Below are positions 20,349 to 29,949 of a stretch of 64,000 nt of DNA, piece by piece. Position 1 is the first letter of the stretch. The number at the start of each line of letters is the position of its first letter. The DNA is from an uncultured bacterium (lineage in GTDB: Bacteria; Patescibacteriota; Minisyncoccia; UBA6257; 2-01-FULL-56-20): assembly GCA_963696395.1 (NCBI GenBank), contig CAVOJZ010000002.1, positions 363,989-427,988 of the forward strand, read 5' to 3'. The notes below the pieces were generated by a model that saw nothing but the letters and a program-made list of their open reading frames with translations, had not been told where the DNA came from and did not search any database. Both the position numbers and the translations under genes were made by a program.

Positions 20349-20376
20349 ATTATATCGCTTTTTACGCTTACGTCAA
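20349..20376 (-). promoter_or_regulatory. Sigma70-type promoter TTGACG-16-TATAAT
   Basis: Read directly on the minus strand upstream of the AGGAGG-led IMPase gene. Confidence 0.7.
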
Positions 20377-20928
20377 TTCGATTACCGGAGGATTGTTCTT
20401 ATCAATCAGCGGCCAATTTGCGTCTTTGTCGGAAATGATTGTCGGCGTCTTGAATGGCCATTCGATAGCGAAGAACGGATCATTCCAGCGCAGGCCGCGC
20501 TCGTGCTCGGGCGAATAAGCTTCGGTTACGAAATATTGCAACTCGGAATCATTTTCAAGAACCTGAATGCCGTTCACGCACCCTTTCGGGCAGATCACCA
20601 TATTGAACTTATCCGGAGAAAGTTCAACGGTGAGCCATTGACCGTACGTCGGCGATCCTTTGCGAATATCGGCAACGGCCCAGAAAATCCTGCCGCGGAG
20701 GCATTGCAACATTTTATCCTCTGCTTTCGGAGGCACCTGGTAATGGAGACCTCGCGTCGTGCCTTTCACTTTGCTGAGTGAGCGGTTGATGTGAACAATA
20801 TTGTAGTCGATTCCCTGTTTGGCAAATTCTTCCTTCGCAAAATTCCGCGTGAAATAGCCACGCTCATCCATCCGGGGTTCGAGCTCGATAATCCAGACGC
20901 CGTTAATTTTTGTTTGCGTAAATTTCAT
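20368..20928 (-). CDS. RmlC-like NDP-4-keto-sugar 3,5-epimerase
   Basis: DERGYF, GTTRGLHYQ, DIRKGSPTYGQW, WNDP..IEWP, ISDKD. Confidence 0.9.
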   Translation of the reverse strand: MKFTQTKINGVWIIELEPRMDERGYFTRNFAKEEFAKQGIDYNIVHINRSLSKVKGTTRGLHYQVPPKAEDKMLQCLRGRIFWAVADIRKGSPTYGQWLTVELSPDKFNMVICPKGCVNGIQVLENDSELQYFVTEAYSPEHERGLRWNDPFFAIEWPFKTPTIISDKDANWPLIDKNNPPVIELT

Positions 20929-20992
20929 AGCTTGATCTTCTCGATGATTATACAAATATTACAAAATCGGCGCAATTATTATGCAATCCCCT

Positions 20993-21844
20993 TTATCGAT
21001 ATGACGCAAGCATGGCGCGTATCCCCTTGCGGATATCCACCGCAGGCTTCCATCCGATCTCTTTTTTCACGCGCGAAACTTCGGCATAGAATCCCGTCGC
21101 TTTCCCGCGTCCCGCGATCACTTTCCTGCCGTAGATAATCTCCGCGATCTCCCGCACGCCCGTCACCCTGCCTGATCCAAGATTGAATACCGAACTCTTG
21201 GCGTCCTTTTCGACGAGCATCCGGAGCCCGCGGGCAATGTCGCCCACGTACACAAAATCATTACCGCCGTTCGGATTTTTCACCTGCGGCATTTCACCGC
21301 GAAGCTTGCTCTCGATGAGATGCGGAATAAGCGATGCTGATTTCTGCCCGGGGCCATACACATAAAAAATTCTCCCCCAAACGAAACGCATGCCATAGGC
21401 CTGCGCTGCCGCTGCGCCGATGCGATGCAGAGCGATCTTCGAAGCCGGAAACGGTTTTTCAATTTTGACGGCGTCGTCTTCGCTCACCTTGCCAAGATCC
21501 ACGCCATACTCCCAGCAACTGCCCGTCGCGACAATCTTTTTGCATTTTGCATTGCCAAGTGCGCGGACAAGATTCATGCCGTACACAAGGTTCCGCATGC
21601 TGGCTTCGGGGCCGTAATCGGGGATGCCCTCCCATGCCATATGGAGCGCGGCGTCCGGTTTGAATTTCCTGAGTTGTTTTTCCCATGTGGCGAGTGTCGA
21701 AAGATCGCCGCGAATATAGCTTGTCTTGCGCGAAGGCGTATGCTTGCCACGCGAAAGAACAAGGAGCGTGTGTCCACGCTTCTTCAACTCTTCAACCGCG
21801 TGGCGTCCTACAAATCCAGTTCCGCCGGTTACGAAAATTTTCAT
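20993..21844 (-). CDS. NAD-dependent nucleotide-sugar reductase/epimerase
   Basis: TGGTGFVG, TGSCWEYG, RIFYVYGPGQ; the YxxxK position reads FPASK. Confidence 0.85.
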   Translation of the reverse strand: MKIFVTGGTGFVGRHAVEELKKRGHTLLVLSRGKHTPSRKTSYIRGDLSTLATWEKQLRKFKPDAALHMAWEGIPDYGPEASMRNLVYGMNLVRALGNAKCKKIVATGSCWEYGVDLGKVSEDDAVKIEKPFPASKIALHRIGAAAAQAYGMRFVWGRIFYVYGPGQKSASLIPHLIESKLRGEMPQVKNPNGGNDFVYVGDIARGLRMLVEKDAKSSVFNLGSGRVTGVREIAEIIYGRKVIAGRGKATGFYAEVSRVKKEIGWKPAVDIRKGIRAMLASYR

Positions 21845-23031
21845 GGACGTATGATTGATTTTACCACGCCGAGCAGGTCGCCATTCGATTCCATGAGGAC
21901 GGCTTCGGCGCCCGCGGCCCAGGCGGCTTCCGCATCACGGGGGTCATCGCCAATCATCATTGTTTTCGTGGCGTCAAAATAGTGTTCGTTCGCAGCGCGA
22001 AATATGAGGCCCGGCTTTGGTTTGCGGCAATCGCAATCCTCGTTGAAGCCGTGAGTACAATAATAGGTTCCGGAAAAAACAACACCGGATTTTTTGAGTT
22101 CTTCTTTCATCCGCTCGTCAATGTCATCCAAATCTTTCTGGGCCATGGTTCCCTTCGCGACGCCGGGCTGATTAGAAATGAGATAAAGCTCATATCCGTT
22201 ATCGCGCAAAAGCTTGAGGCCTTCGATTGCATGCGGCAAAAAATGAAATCCGTTCCGTTGCCTCACCTGCTCGCCTTCGGGCGGCCGCTCGTTGATCACG
22301 CCGTCGCGATCGAGAAACATAATTTTCCTCGGTTCGAAAAATTTTTCCGTGATCGGCAACCGCTCAATAGATCCGAGACTGTAATACTGGTGGCTCGTCA
22401 TATATCCGGCGAGTTTGCGCATGGCGATAAGTTTCGGGAACACTTCTTTTTCAAAATGGAAATCTCCCTCTGGAGCAAGATCAAGCACCGCTTTGTCGAG
22501 AATGAGAAAACCGATATCAACGCCGTTCAAGCCCGGCTCCGTCCTGCTCCTGTCGTACTTTGCCACATAGCCGTCTTTATCCACCAACATATTGTTCTTC
22601 GTCGTTTTGGTGTTGTTGTCGAACACAACGACCGACGCCGGCACTTTTTGCTTTTCATAAAATGCCGTCAGATTCTTAAGATCGAGCGGCCAATAGTTGT
22701 CGCAATACATCAGGAGGAAACGGTCGTCGATAAACGGCGCCGCATGCATAAGGCGCGCGCCGGTGTCGTACTCAACCGGAGTAACGTCGTAGGTGATATG
22801 GACGCCAAACTTTGACCCGTCGCCAAAATGGTCCTCGATTTTATCGGGCAGATAGCCGAGCAACATAAGGATCTCCGTAATGCCATTCGCGCGGAGAAGC
22901 TCAACCAAATATTCAAGAAACGGCCGCCCCTGGATGGGAATCATGGGCTTCGGCATGGTGTCCGTGAGCGGACGCATGCGCGTGCCGAGGCCGCCGGCGA
23001 AGATAACCGCCTGTTTTATTTTTTTGCCCAT
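21841..23031 (-). CDS. Fusion of NTP-transferase (HddC-like) and HAD-IIIA heptose bisphosphate phosphatase (GmhB-like)
   Basis: AGGLGTRMRPLT..PKPM N-terminal domain; FLDRDGVIN, SNQPG, CTH..CDCRKPKPG, MIGD C-terminal domain. Confidence 0.9.
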   Translation of the reverse strand: MGKKIKQAVIFAGGLGTRMRPLTDTMPKPMIPIQGRPFLEYLVELLRANGITEILMLLGYLPDKIEDHFGDGSKFGVHITYDVTPVEYDTGARLMHAAPFIDDRFLLMYCDNYWPLDLKNLTAFYEKQKVPASVVVFDNNTKTTKNNMLVDKDGYVAKYDRSRTEPGLNGVDIGFLILDKAVLDLAPEGDFHFEKEVFPKLIAMRKLAGYMTSHQYYSLGSIERLPITEKFFEPRKIMFLDRDGVINERPPEGEQVRQRNGFHFLPHAIEGLKLLRDNGYELYLISNQPGVAKGTMAQKDLDDIDERMKEELKKSGVVFSGTYYCTHGFNEDCDCRKPKPGLIFRAANEHYFDATKTMMIGDDPRDAEAAWAAGAEAVLMESNGDLLGVVKSIIRP

Positions 23032-24053
23032 TGCAATCCGTCGTCGAGTCGTTGGCCTTCCAAAAGAAAATTAATCTGTTTCAGACGATTGCATGAGCGG
23101 CCCCGGAATTGTTCTTCGGTGAGATTCACTTTCTTGAAAAATTCAACGAGTTCTTTTCCTCCGTTATCCAAATTCCATTGCGGCTTAAAGTAATCCTTGA
23201 GGACGGTAAGAATTTTATCGAAGCTCACGCGATACGTGCGCGAATCGGCTCCGTGCTCGCCGGTAAACTTGAGCTCGCTTCCGGGGACAGCGCGCTGGGC
23301 CGCCTCCGCGAGATTGCGCACGGTGAAATTACCGTTCGGAATACCGACATTGAACGATTGTCCTCCAACGAGGTTTACCGGTGCTTCGAGGCCGGCGATG
23401 TAGGCAGCCGAGACGTCGCGCACGTGCACCACTGGCCGCCACGGCGTGCCGTCGCTCTTGATTTCGATTTTGCCCGTGACGAATGCCGAGCCTACCAGGC
23501 TGTTATAAACGATGTCGGCGCGGAAATTCGGGCTTGCGCCGAAAACGGTTGAAGGGCGCATGCAGACAACCACGAAATCGTTTGAATGTAATTTCTTGAG
23601 CGCGACTTCCGCGTCCCACTTGGTGCGCGCGTAGGCGGTGACGCCATAAGGACCGGCTTCGTCTTCCGAAAGCTCATGGCTCGTATCGGCCATGCCATAC
23701 ATGCTCTGTGAAGAGGAATAGATAAACCGTTTCACGCCGGCCTTCTTGGCGAGCTCCGCAATTTTGAGCGTGCCGCCCAGGTTGATTTCTTCCGTAAGCC
23801 CCGGCTTCAATTCGCCCAGCGGATCGTTCGAAAGCGCGGCGAGGTGGATAATGGCATCGATCCCCTGCACGTCGTCAATGTTTGCGGCGCGGACATCTTT
23901 TGTGATCTGGCGGGTTGGCTTTGCGCCGGCCATTAAATAGCAATCCTCGTAATAACCCGTGTCGAAGCCAACCACTTCGTGCCCTTTGGCCAAAAGCATT
24001 TCTGTGAGTACGGATCCGATATAACCGCGATTGCCGGTAACAAGAATTTTCAT
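23016..24053 (-). CDS. SDR nucleotide-sugar epimerase/dehydratase
   Basis: TGNRGYIGS, HLAALSNDP, YARTK; resembles 16193..17263. Confidence 0.9.
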   Translation of the reverse strand: MKILVTGNRGYIGSVLTEMLLAKGHEVVGFDTGYYEDCYLMAGAKPTRQITKDVRAANIDDVQGIDAIIHLAALSNDPLGELKPGLTEEINLGGTLKIAELAKKAGVKRFIYSSSQSMYGMADTSHELSEDEAGPYGVTAYARTKWDAEVALKKLHSNDFVVVCMRPSTVFGASPNFRADIVYNSLVGSAFVTGKIEIKSDGTPWRPVVHVRDVSAAYIAGLEAPVNLVGGQSFNVGIPNGNFTVRNLAEAAQRAVPGSELKFTGEHGADSRTYRVSFDKILTVLKDYFKPQWNLDNGGKELVEFFKKVNLTEEQFRGRSCNRLKQINFLLEGQRLDDGLQWAKK

Positions 24054-24143
24054 AATATGGGTACTATAGGATAAAGCGAACGGAAAATAAAGAGGCAGGC
24101 CCGGCAAACAAGCTCAATTTCGTAAATATAGTATACTCCCTTT

Positions 24144-25607
24144 ATGCTTTCGAGGATAAAAAGCTTCCTGTTCCGGAACAGCTCCACCAAGCAAACGGTC
24201 GCCAAAAACACCGTCTGGCTCACCATTTCCAACTTTGGCGGCCGCCTCATAAAAGCCGTCGTCATCATCTATGCCGCCCGCGTGATGGGCGCGGCCGACT
24301 ATGGAGTTTTCTCGTACGCGCTAACGCTTGCCGGGTTTTTCACGCTCCTAATTGATCCGGGGCTGAATGCGGTCATCATGCGCGATGCATCAAAAAGCGA
24401 CGACGAGCGCCGCATTGAAATATTTTCGACGACGGCATTCATCAAATTAGTACTCCTCGTCGTCGGCGTTTTCTTTGTTGTCTTTGTCGCGCCATTCTTC
24501 AGCACGTTGCCGGGAGCCCAAATCCTTCTTCCAATCGTCGCCTTCATTATCGTCTTCGACAATCTGCGCGATTACCTTTTCTGTTTTATCCGCATCCGCG
24601 AAAAGATGGAACTCGAAGCCGGTATCTACCTCGCGATGAATATCGCGATCGTCATCCTGGGATTCATAGCACTCCACGTCCACCCGACACCCCTCAACTT
24701 CGGCCTATCGTACGTTGCCGGCTTATCGCTCGGTTTCCTCGCGGCGCTGTGGACCGCACGCGGATATTTGCCGACCATCTTTTCAAAATTTAAAAAGAGC
24801 ATCATCCGCCCGCTTCTTGAGTCGGCGTGGCCGTTTGCCGTAACGGGCGCGCTGGGTATCCTCCTTACGAATACCGACATCCTCATCATCAGCTGGATGC
24901 GCACGGCGATTGACGTCGGCATCTATTCCGCCGGCATCCGCATCGTCCAGGTGTTCTACCTCATCCCGACCGTGGTGCAATACGCAACACTCCCCTTACT
25001 CGCACGACTTGCGAATAAAGATAATGGAAAATTCAGGACGGTATTTGAGCGGACCATCGGCACCATGTTCCTTCTTTCGATACCGCTCGCGATAGGCGGT
25101 GTCGTGGTGGGCACGCAGGTGATGAGCGCCGTCTTCGGGAGTTCGTATGCAAGCGGCGGTTTGGCTTTCAAGATACTCATGCTTACCATGCTCGTTGATT
25201 TTCCCGCGACCGTCATCGCAAATGCTGTTTTCATCTACAATCGCCAAAAAAGCCTGATCGTCACTTCGGCAATTGCAGGTGTCATGAATATCGTTTTTGA
25301 CCTTATATTGATCCCCCCGTTCGGCATGGCCGGCTCAGCAATTGCAACGCTTATCGCGCAGGGCGCGAGCAACTGGTATCTGTGGAGCACGCTGAAAAAG
25401 ATAAACTACTTTGAGGTTTTGCCGCGCCTCGGCAAGGCTGCGGCCGCCGGCGTTATCATGGGTCTTGCGACGGCGCTGCTCGTAGCTACCGGGCTCAATA
25501 TATTTGTAACCATCCTTATCGGCGCCCTTGTGTATGCGCTCCTCTTATATTTCTTACGCGAACCGTTGTTTTTGGAAATTGGCAAAATAGCGCTCGTCAC
25601 AGAATAA
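24144..25607 (+). CDS. Wzx-type polysaccharide flippase (copy 2)
   Basis: Co-linear with and clearly similar to 10062..11543 (shared KQTVAKNT.WLTISNFGGRLIKA, SAWPFAVT, TNTDILIISW). Confidence 0.9.
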   Translation: MLSRIKSFLFRNSSTKQTVAKNTVWLTISNFGGRLIKAVVIIYAARVMGAADYGVFSYALTLAGFFTLLIDPGLNAVIMRDASKSDDERRIEIFSTTAFIKLVLLVVGVFFVVFVAPFFSTLPGAQILLPIVAFIIVFDNLRDYLFCFIRIREKMELEAGIYLAMNIAIVILGFIALHVHPTPLNFGLSYVAGLSLGFLAALWTARGYLPTIFSKFKKSIIRPLLESAWPFAVTGALGILLTNTDILIISWMRTAIDVGIYSAGIRIVQVFYLIPTVVQYATLPLLARLANKDNGKFRTVFERTIGTMFLLSIPLAIGGVVVGTQVMSAVFGSSYASGGLAFKILMLTMLVDFPATVIANAVFIYNRQKSLIVTSAIAGVMNIVFDLILIPPFGMAGSAIATLIAQGASNWYLWSTLKKINYFEVLPRLGKAAAAGVIMGLATALLVATGLNIFVTILIGALVYALLLYFLREPLFLEIGKIALVTE

Positions 25608-25709
25608 ACGCGGGCTTTGACCGGGGTTAGAGTTGCCAATTTCCAACAATGGCTTATTCTTAAGAGCGTTATCAGCAGGCGCGATTAATCAATAAAAACA
25701 TTCATTATT

Positions 25710-27464
25710 ATGGAAAAAATCAGTGTCGCAAAATATTTGATTTCGCTCATTCCCGGCACTGGCGTCGATACCGTTGGAGTGCTCCAGGGTGGCGCCATCG
25801 CAAAACTTATCGATGAAGTGGGCGAACATCCCGACCTCTCCTATGTTTCGCCCAACCATGAACAGGCGCTTTCCATGATGGTCGAGGCCTATGCCCGCGT
25901 TAAAGGTTTCGGCGTCGGCATGGTTACGAGCGGACCCGGCGCACAGAATCTTGTGACCGGCATCGCCTCCGCCTATTACGATTCCATCCCCTGCCTTTTT
26001 ATAACCGGCCAGGTCGGTATGTTCCACAACAAAGCGAATCGCCGCGTCCGACAGCGTGGCTTCCAGGAAACGGACGTCGTGAGCCTCATGAAGTCGATAA
26101 CGAAATACTCCGTGCTCCTCGACAAACCGGAGGATGCCCGTTACATTTTTGAAAAAGCGGTTCACCTCGCAAAGTCCGGCAGGCCGGGGCCGGTGCTCAT
26201 CGACGTTCCTTTTAACGTTCAACGGGCGCTTGTTGACCCGTCGGAACTCCGCGCCTACAACCCGGAACCAGTCGAGACGTCATCGCCTGCAGAAATCGAC
26301 CATGGCATCACGGAAATCCTCCACGATCTTCAGACAAAAGAAAAGCCGATCATTCTCCTTGGCGGTGGTGTCGAGCTTTCGAAGACCGCAGGAGCGGTGC
26401 GAAAGCTCGTAAAGCACGCGCACGTGCCGGCCGTCGTCACCTGGTGCGCGCTCGATGTTTTTGAAGCGAACGACCCGCTCTATGGCGGCAACGTCGGCCG
26501 TGCCGGCAATAAATCGGCCAATCGGGCAATCCGCGAAGCCGATTTTGTTCTCGCGCTCGGCACCCGGTTTGCAACGAAAGCTATTATCAGCGAAAAAAAC
26601 TTTGCGACGAAAGCAAAAATCACCACCATTGATGCCGACCGTGGCGAACTGGAAGACGGCCTCATCACTTCACACGTCAAAATTCAATCGACGCTCGAAA
26701 AATTTATGCCGCCGCTTCTTGCCGCTGCAGAAAAGGTGAAATTTACGCCGAAGCAGGCATGGCTCGAGGAATTCGCGGCGCTCAAAGCTGACTATTTCCG
26801 CGAAGATAATACGCCGGCCGGAAGTGCCTATGTGAGCCCTTATGAATTCACGGCACGGCTCTCAAAGGCAATGGATCCGAACACGATTATCGTCGGCGAC
26901 ACCGGCACAAACCTTTGCTGGGTCGCACAGGCGTACGAGGCAAAAATCGGCCAACGGTTCTTTTCGTCTTGGGGCAATTCGCCCATGGGATATGCTCTGC
27001 CGGCGTCCATCGGCGCACAGATCGCAGCGAAAGACAAAACGGTTGTCTGCATCACGGGCGACGGCGGCATGCAAATGAATATCCAGGAACTGCAAACGAT
27101 CGCCCTGCATAAATTCCCGGTAAAAGTTTTCGTCTTTAATAATGATTGTTATATGAACGTGAAAGCTCCATCAATCGACGAATTTGAGGGACGGTACCAC
27201 GCGCTCGGCCGGGGCATGGGTTATGCCGCGCCAGATTTCGTAAAAATCGCGAATGCCTACGGCATCGAAGCGTTCTCCATCAAAAAGGGCGACGATTTGG
27301 ACAAGAAAATTCAGCAGGCACTTTCCACGAAGGGGCCGGTTGTGGTTGACCTGAAGCTCGATCCCGATCAGCGTGCCGTCGAGGATAATGCGCTGGTCTC
27401 GCTCCCCGCGTTTGCTGCCCAGCCAAAATCGGGCGCTCCAGCCACTCCGGAAACAAAAAAATAA
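25710..27464 (+). CDS. Thiamine-pyrophosphate enzyme of the acetolactate-synthase fold
   Basis: HEQA, TSGPGAQN, FQETD, GRPGPVLID, GDGGMQMNIQEL..NN TPP motif. Confidence 0.9.
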   Translation: MEKISVAKYLISLIPGTGVDTVGVLQGGAIAKLIDEVGEHPDLSYVSPNHEQALSMMVEAYARVKGFGVGMVTSGPGAQNLVTGIASAYYDSIPCLFITGQVGMFHNKANRRVRQRGFQETDVVSLMKSITKYSVLLDKPEDARYIFEKAVHLAKSGRPGPVLIDVPFNVQRALVDPSELRAYNPEPVETSSPAEIDHGITEILHDLQTKEKPIILLGGGVELSKTAGAVRKLVKHAHVPAVVTWCALDVFEANDPLYGGNVGRAGNKSANRAIREADFVLALGTRFATKAIISEKNFATKAKITTIDADRGELEDGLITSHVKIQSTLEKFMPPLLAAAEKVKFTPKQAWLEEFAALKADYFREDNTPAGSAYVSPYEFTARLSKAMDPNTIIVGDTGTNLCWVAQAYEAKIGQRFFSSWGNSPMGYALPASIGAQIAAKDKTVVCITGDGGMQMNIQELQTIALHKFPVKVFVFNNDCYMNVKAPSIDEFEGRYHALGRGMGYAAPDFVKIANAYGIEAFSIKKGDDLDKKIQQALSTKGPVVVDLKLDPDQRAVEDNALVSLPAFAAQPKSGAPATPETKK

Positions 27465-27470
27465 ATAACT

Positions 27471-28319
27471 ATGAAAAAAATATTCATCATCGGCAACCAG
27501 GGCTTCATTGCACGGGAACTCGCGCGGCAGTGCGAAAAGAAAGGTATTGAGTGCGCCGGCGTTGACCTCCCGGTCGACATGCGTGATAAAGATTTCGGAA
27601 AGTATTTATCCGAAGATATTGATGCCATAGTCCATCTCGCCGCCCTTTCAAGGACCCCGGATTGTTCAGGGAAAATGTATGAAACGTTTGACGTAAACGT
27701 CCAGGGCGCATTAAACGTTTTGCGCGCGTCCCGCGAAAAGAAAATCCCTCAATTTATTTTTGCCTCTTCGGAATGGGTTTATCCCGACAGCATGGAAGAA
27801 GTAAGCGAAGATGTTCCTTTGGATATTTTAAAGGCTCCGGCGGAATATGCGCTTTCAAAAATGGTGGCCGAAGCAGCGCTCAAGCAAGACTGGCAGAAAC
27901 ACGGAGGAAACGTAACTATCACGCGCTTTGCGATCGTCTACGGTCCTCGTCCGAAGGAAAAGGTGTGGGTTGCCGTTGAAAGCATCGCAAGTGCCGTGAA
28001 AAACCAGGACACGGTCACCGTTGGATCACTAAAGACAGGACGGAGATTCATCCACGTGGAAGATCTTGCCTTGGGCATCCTTGCAACGCTTGGAACGCCG
28101 AGCTACGAAGTCTTCAACCTTTCCGGACAGAAATTTGTGAGCATGGGAGATATCATCGCCGCCAGCGAGAAGATGTTCGGAAAGAAAGTGAAAATTGAAG
28201 AAAAAGGAGACGCCCCCAGCACGAGAAACCCTTCGAATAAAAAGGCTCACGACGTCCTCGGCTGGAGCCCCCGCATAAGCCTGGAAGAAGGTCTTGAAAG
28301 CGTGAAGCAGTATCTCTAG
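27471..28319 (+). CDS. NAD-dependent epimerase/reductase
   Basis: GNQGFIA, SSEWVY, YALSK. Confidence 0.85.
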   Translation: MKKIFIIGNQGFIARELARQCEKKGIECAGVDLPVDMRDKDFGKYLSEDIDAIVHLAALSRTPDCSGKMYETFDVNVQGALNVLRASREKKIPQFIFASSEWVYPDSMEEVSEDVPLDILKAPAEYALSKMVAEAALKQDWQKHGGNVTITRFAIVYGPRPKEKVWVAVESIASAVKNQDTVTVGSLKTGRRFIHVEDLALGILATLGTPSYEVFNLSGQKFVSMGDIIAASEKMFGKKVKIEEKGDAPSTRNPSNKKAHDVLGWSPRISLEEGLESVKQYL

Positions 28320-28346
28320 AAATTCTTTCCGGAGTTGTCCCCTCTC

Positions 28347-29261
28347 ATGCATACAAAAATATTTGCCGCGATCGTCACATTCAATCCCGACGTGGAAAAC
28401 GTACGGAAGGCCGTTGGATTTCTTAAGTCGCAAGTGGACGGCGTATTTCTGTTCGACAATTATTCAAATCCCCAAATCAGAAGCGGCCTCCAGGATGTGG
28501 AACGGGAATTTCCCGGCTTCATGTTCCTCAATTTGAGCCCAAGGCACGAGAACGTCGGCGTGGCGATCAATCAGTGCATTAAGCCGGCGCGCGAGAAGGG
28601 CGCCGAATGGGTCATCTATTTTGATCCCGATAGTTTGGCCTCAACCGATCTTGTTGCCAAGATGCACGAAGCGCACGATGCGATGCCACAGGAAGTGCAG
28701 AAACACATCGGCGCTGTCGCACCGAATCACACCACGCTCAAAGGCCTGGCCTTTCCCCCCGGGAAGCCCTTCTTGACTAATGGAGCGATCATGTCCGGAA
28801 TGCTCATCAAAGCTTCCACCTTCGACAAAATAGGATACGTGAGCGAAATCGTATCTCTCGACGGCGTTGATGGAGAATTCTGCATCCGGATGCAGCGTGC
28901 AGGACTCAAAACACTCACGGTTCCTTCCGTAATTCTCCAAACGACTATCGGCAACCCAACGCTCCGAAAGTTGTTTTGGATAAAAGCCGAGATCCTCAAC
29001 CAGAAACCATATCGTTATTACACGATGGCGCGAAACTTCACCTGGATGTTTGTGCGTAATTACAAAACATACATCATAGGCAATGAAGATTGGCCTTCCG
29101 CAATCTGGGCAGTCATCATTCCCCGCTACATGATAAAGATGCTCTTTTTTGAAGATCGGCGCTGGGAAAAGCTCAAGCTCTATTTTCTTGGCACGTTTGA
29201 CGGCTTGTTCAACCGGATGGAACACGAACGATTGGAGCGCATTCTTAATACCTACGCGTAA
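28347..29261 (+). CDS. Glycosyltransferase family 2 (rhamnosyltransferase-like)
   Basis: AIVTFNP, FDNYS, FDPDS, SGMLI, DGVDGEFC, RYYTMARN. Confidence 0.82.
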   Translation: MHTKIFAAIVTFNPDVENVRKAVGFLKSQVDGVFLFDNYSNPQIRSGLQDVEREFPGFMFLNLSPRHENVGVAINQCIKPAREKGAEWVIYFDPDSLASTDLVAKMHEAHDAMPQEVQKHIGAVAPNHTTLKGLAFPPGKPFLTNGAIMSGMLIKASTFDKIGYVSEIVSLDGVDGEFCIRMQRAGLKTLTVPSVILQTTIGNPTLRKLFWIKAEILNQKPYRYYTMARNFTWMFVRNYKTYIIGNEDWPSAIWAVIIPRYMIKMLFFEDRRWEKLKLYFLGTFDGLFNRMEHERLERILNTYA

Positions 29262-29319
29262 TTTTCTGTCCCGCTACACCGCATCACCCGACGCTTTTTA
29301 GCCTATGCGAGTACGGAAG

Positions 29320-29940
29320 CTACTTGGACTTGTCTCTCCTGTCTTCCGCCCGTTTCGCCATGTGGTCGAAATAATCCACGAAATAGAACGTGATGAGATG
29401 GAGGATTGTGCCGTGCACGGACTCCACGACACCGTAATCCCCTTTTTCGGTCTTCACAACGATTTTTGCGTCCGCAAGCTCATTCAATTTCCCGCCGTCA
29501 AAGCCGGACAGACCGATCACCGGGACCTGATGTCGCTTTGCAAGTTCAACCGCTTTGATAACATTTGGCGAATTGCCGCCGCTCGAGATGGCAACGATGG
29601 CATCTGATTCACGGATGTAATTTTCGAGCGGACCCGCGAAAATCATATCGTAGCCGACATCGTTTGCCCATGCTGTAATCTCGGATTCCGTTGAAGGAAG
29701 GCGAATAGCCTGGAAGCGCCGCACGCCCGAGCCAAGGTTGTGGCTGAACACGGTTTTGTTGAAGTCGCTCACCCAGTGCGTGGCCATCGCAAGCGAACCT
29801 CCATTGCCGAAGATATAAATGCGGCCATCGCGCTCATATGTGGCCTGCAAAATATTGACCGCCTTCGCGATCTCCTTCTTGGGGACATCGCGCAAAGCGT
29901 CGATGACCCGGTTTAAAAATATATCGAGATAGGATTCCAT
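29320..29940 (-). CDS. gmhA: SIS-domain phosphoheptose isomerase (GmhA-like)
   Basis: FGNGGS, TAWANDVGY, ISSGGNSPNV, GFDGGKL, ESVH. Confidence 0.82.
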   Translation of the reverse strand: MESYLDIFLNRVIDALRDVPKKEIAKAVNILQATYERDGRIYIFGNGGSLAMATHWVSDFNKTVFSHNLGSGVRRFQAIRLPSTESEITAWANDVGYDMIFAGPLENYIRESDAIVAISSGGNSPNVIKAVELAKRHQVPVIGLSGFDGGKLNELADAKIVVKTEKGDYGVVESVHGTILHLITFYFVDYFDHMAKRAEDRRDKSK

Positions 29941-29949
29941 ACTTCTATA

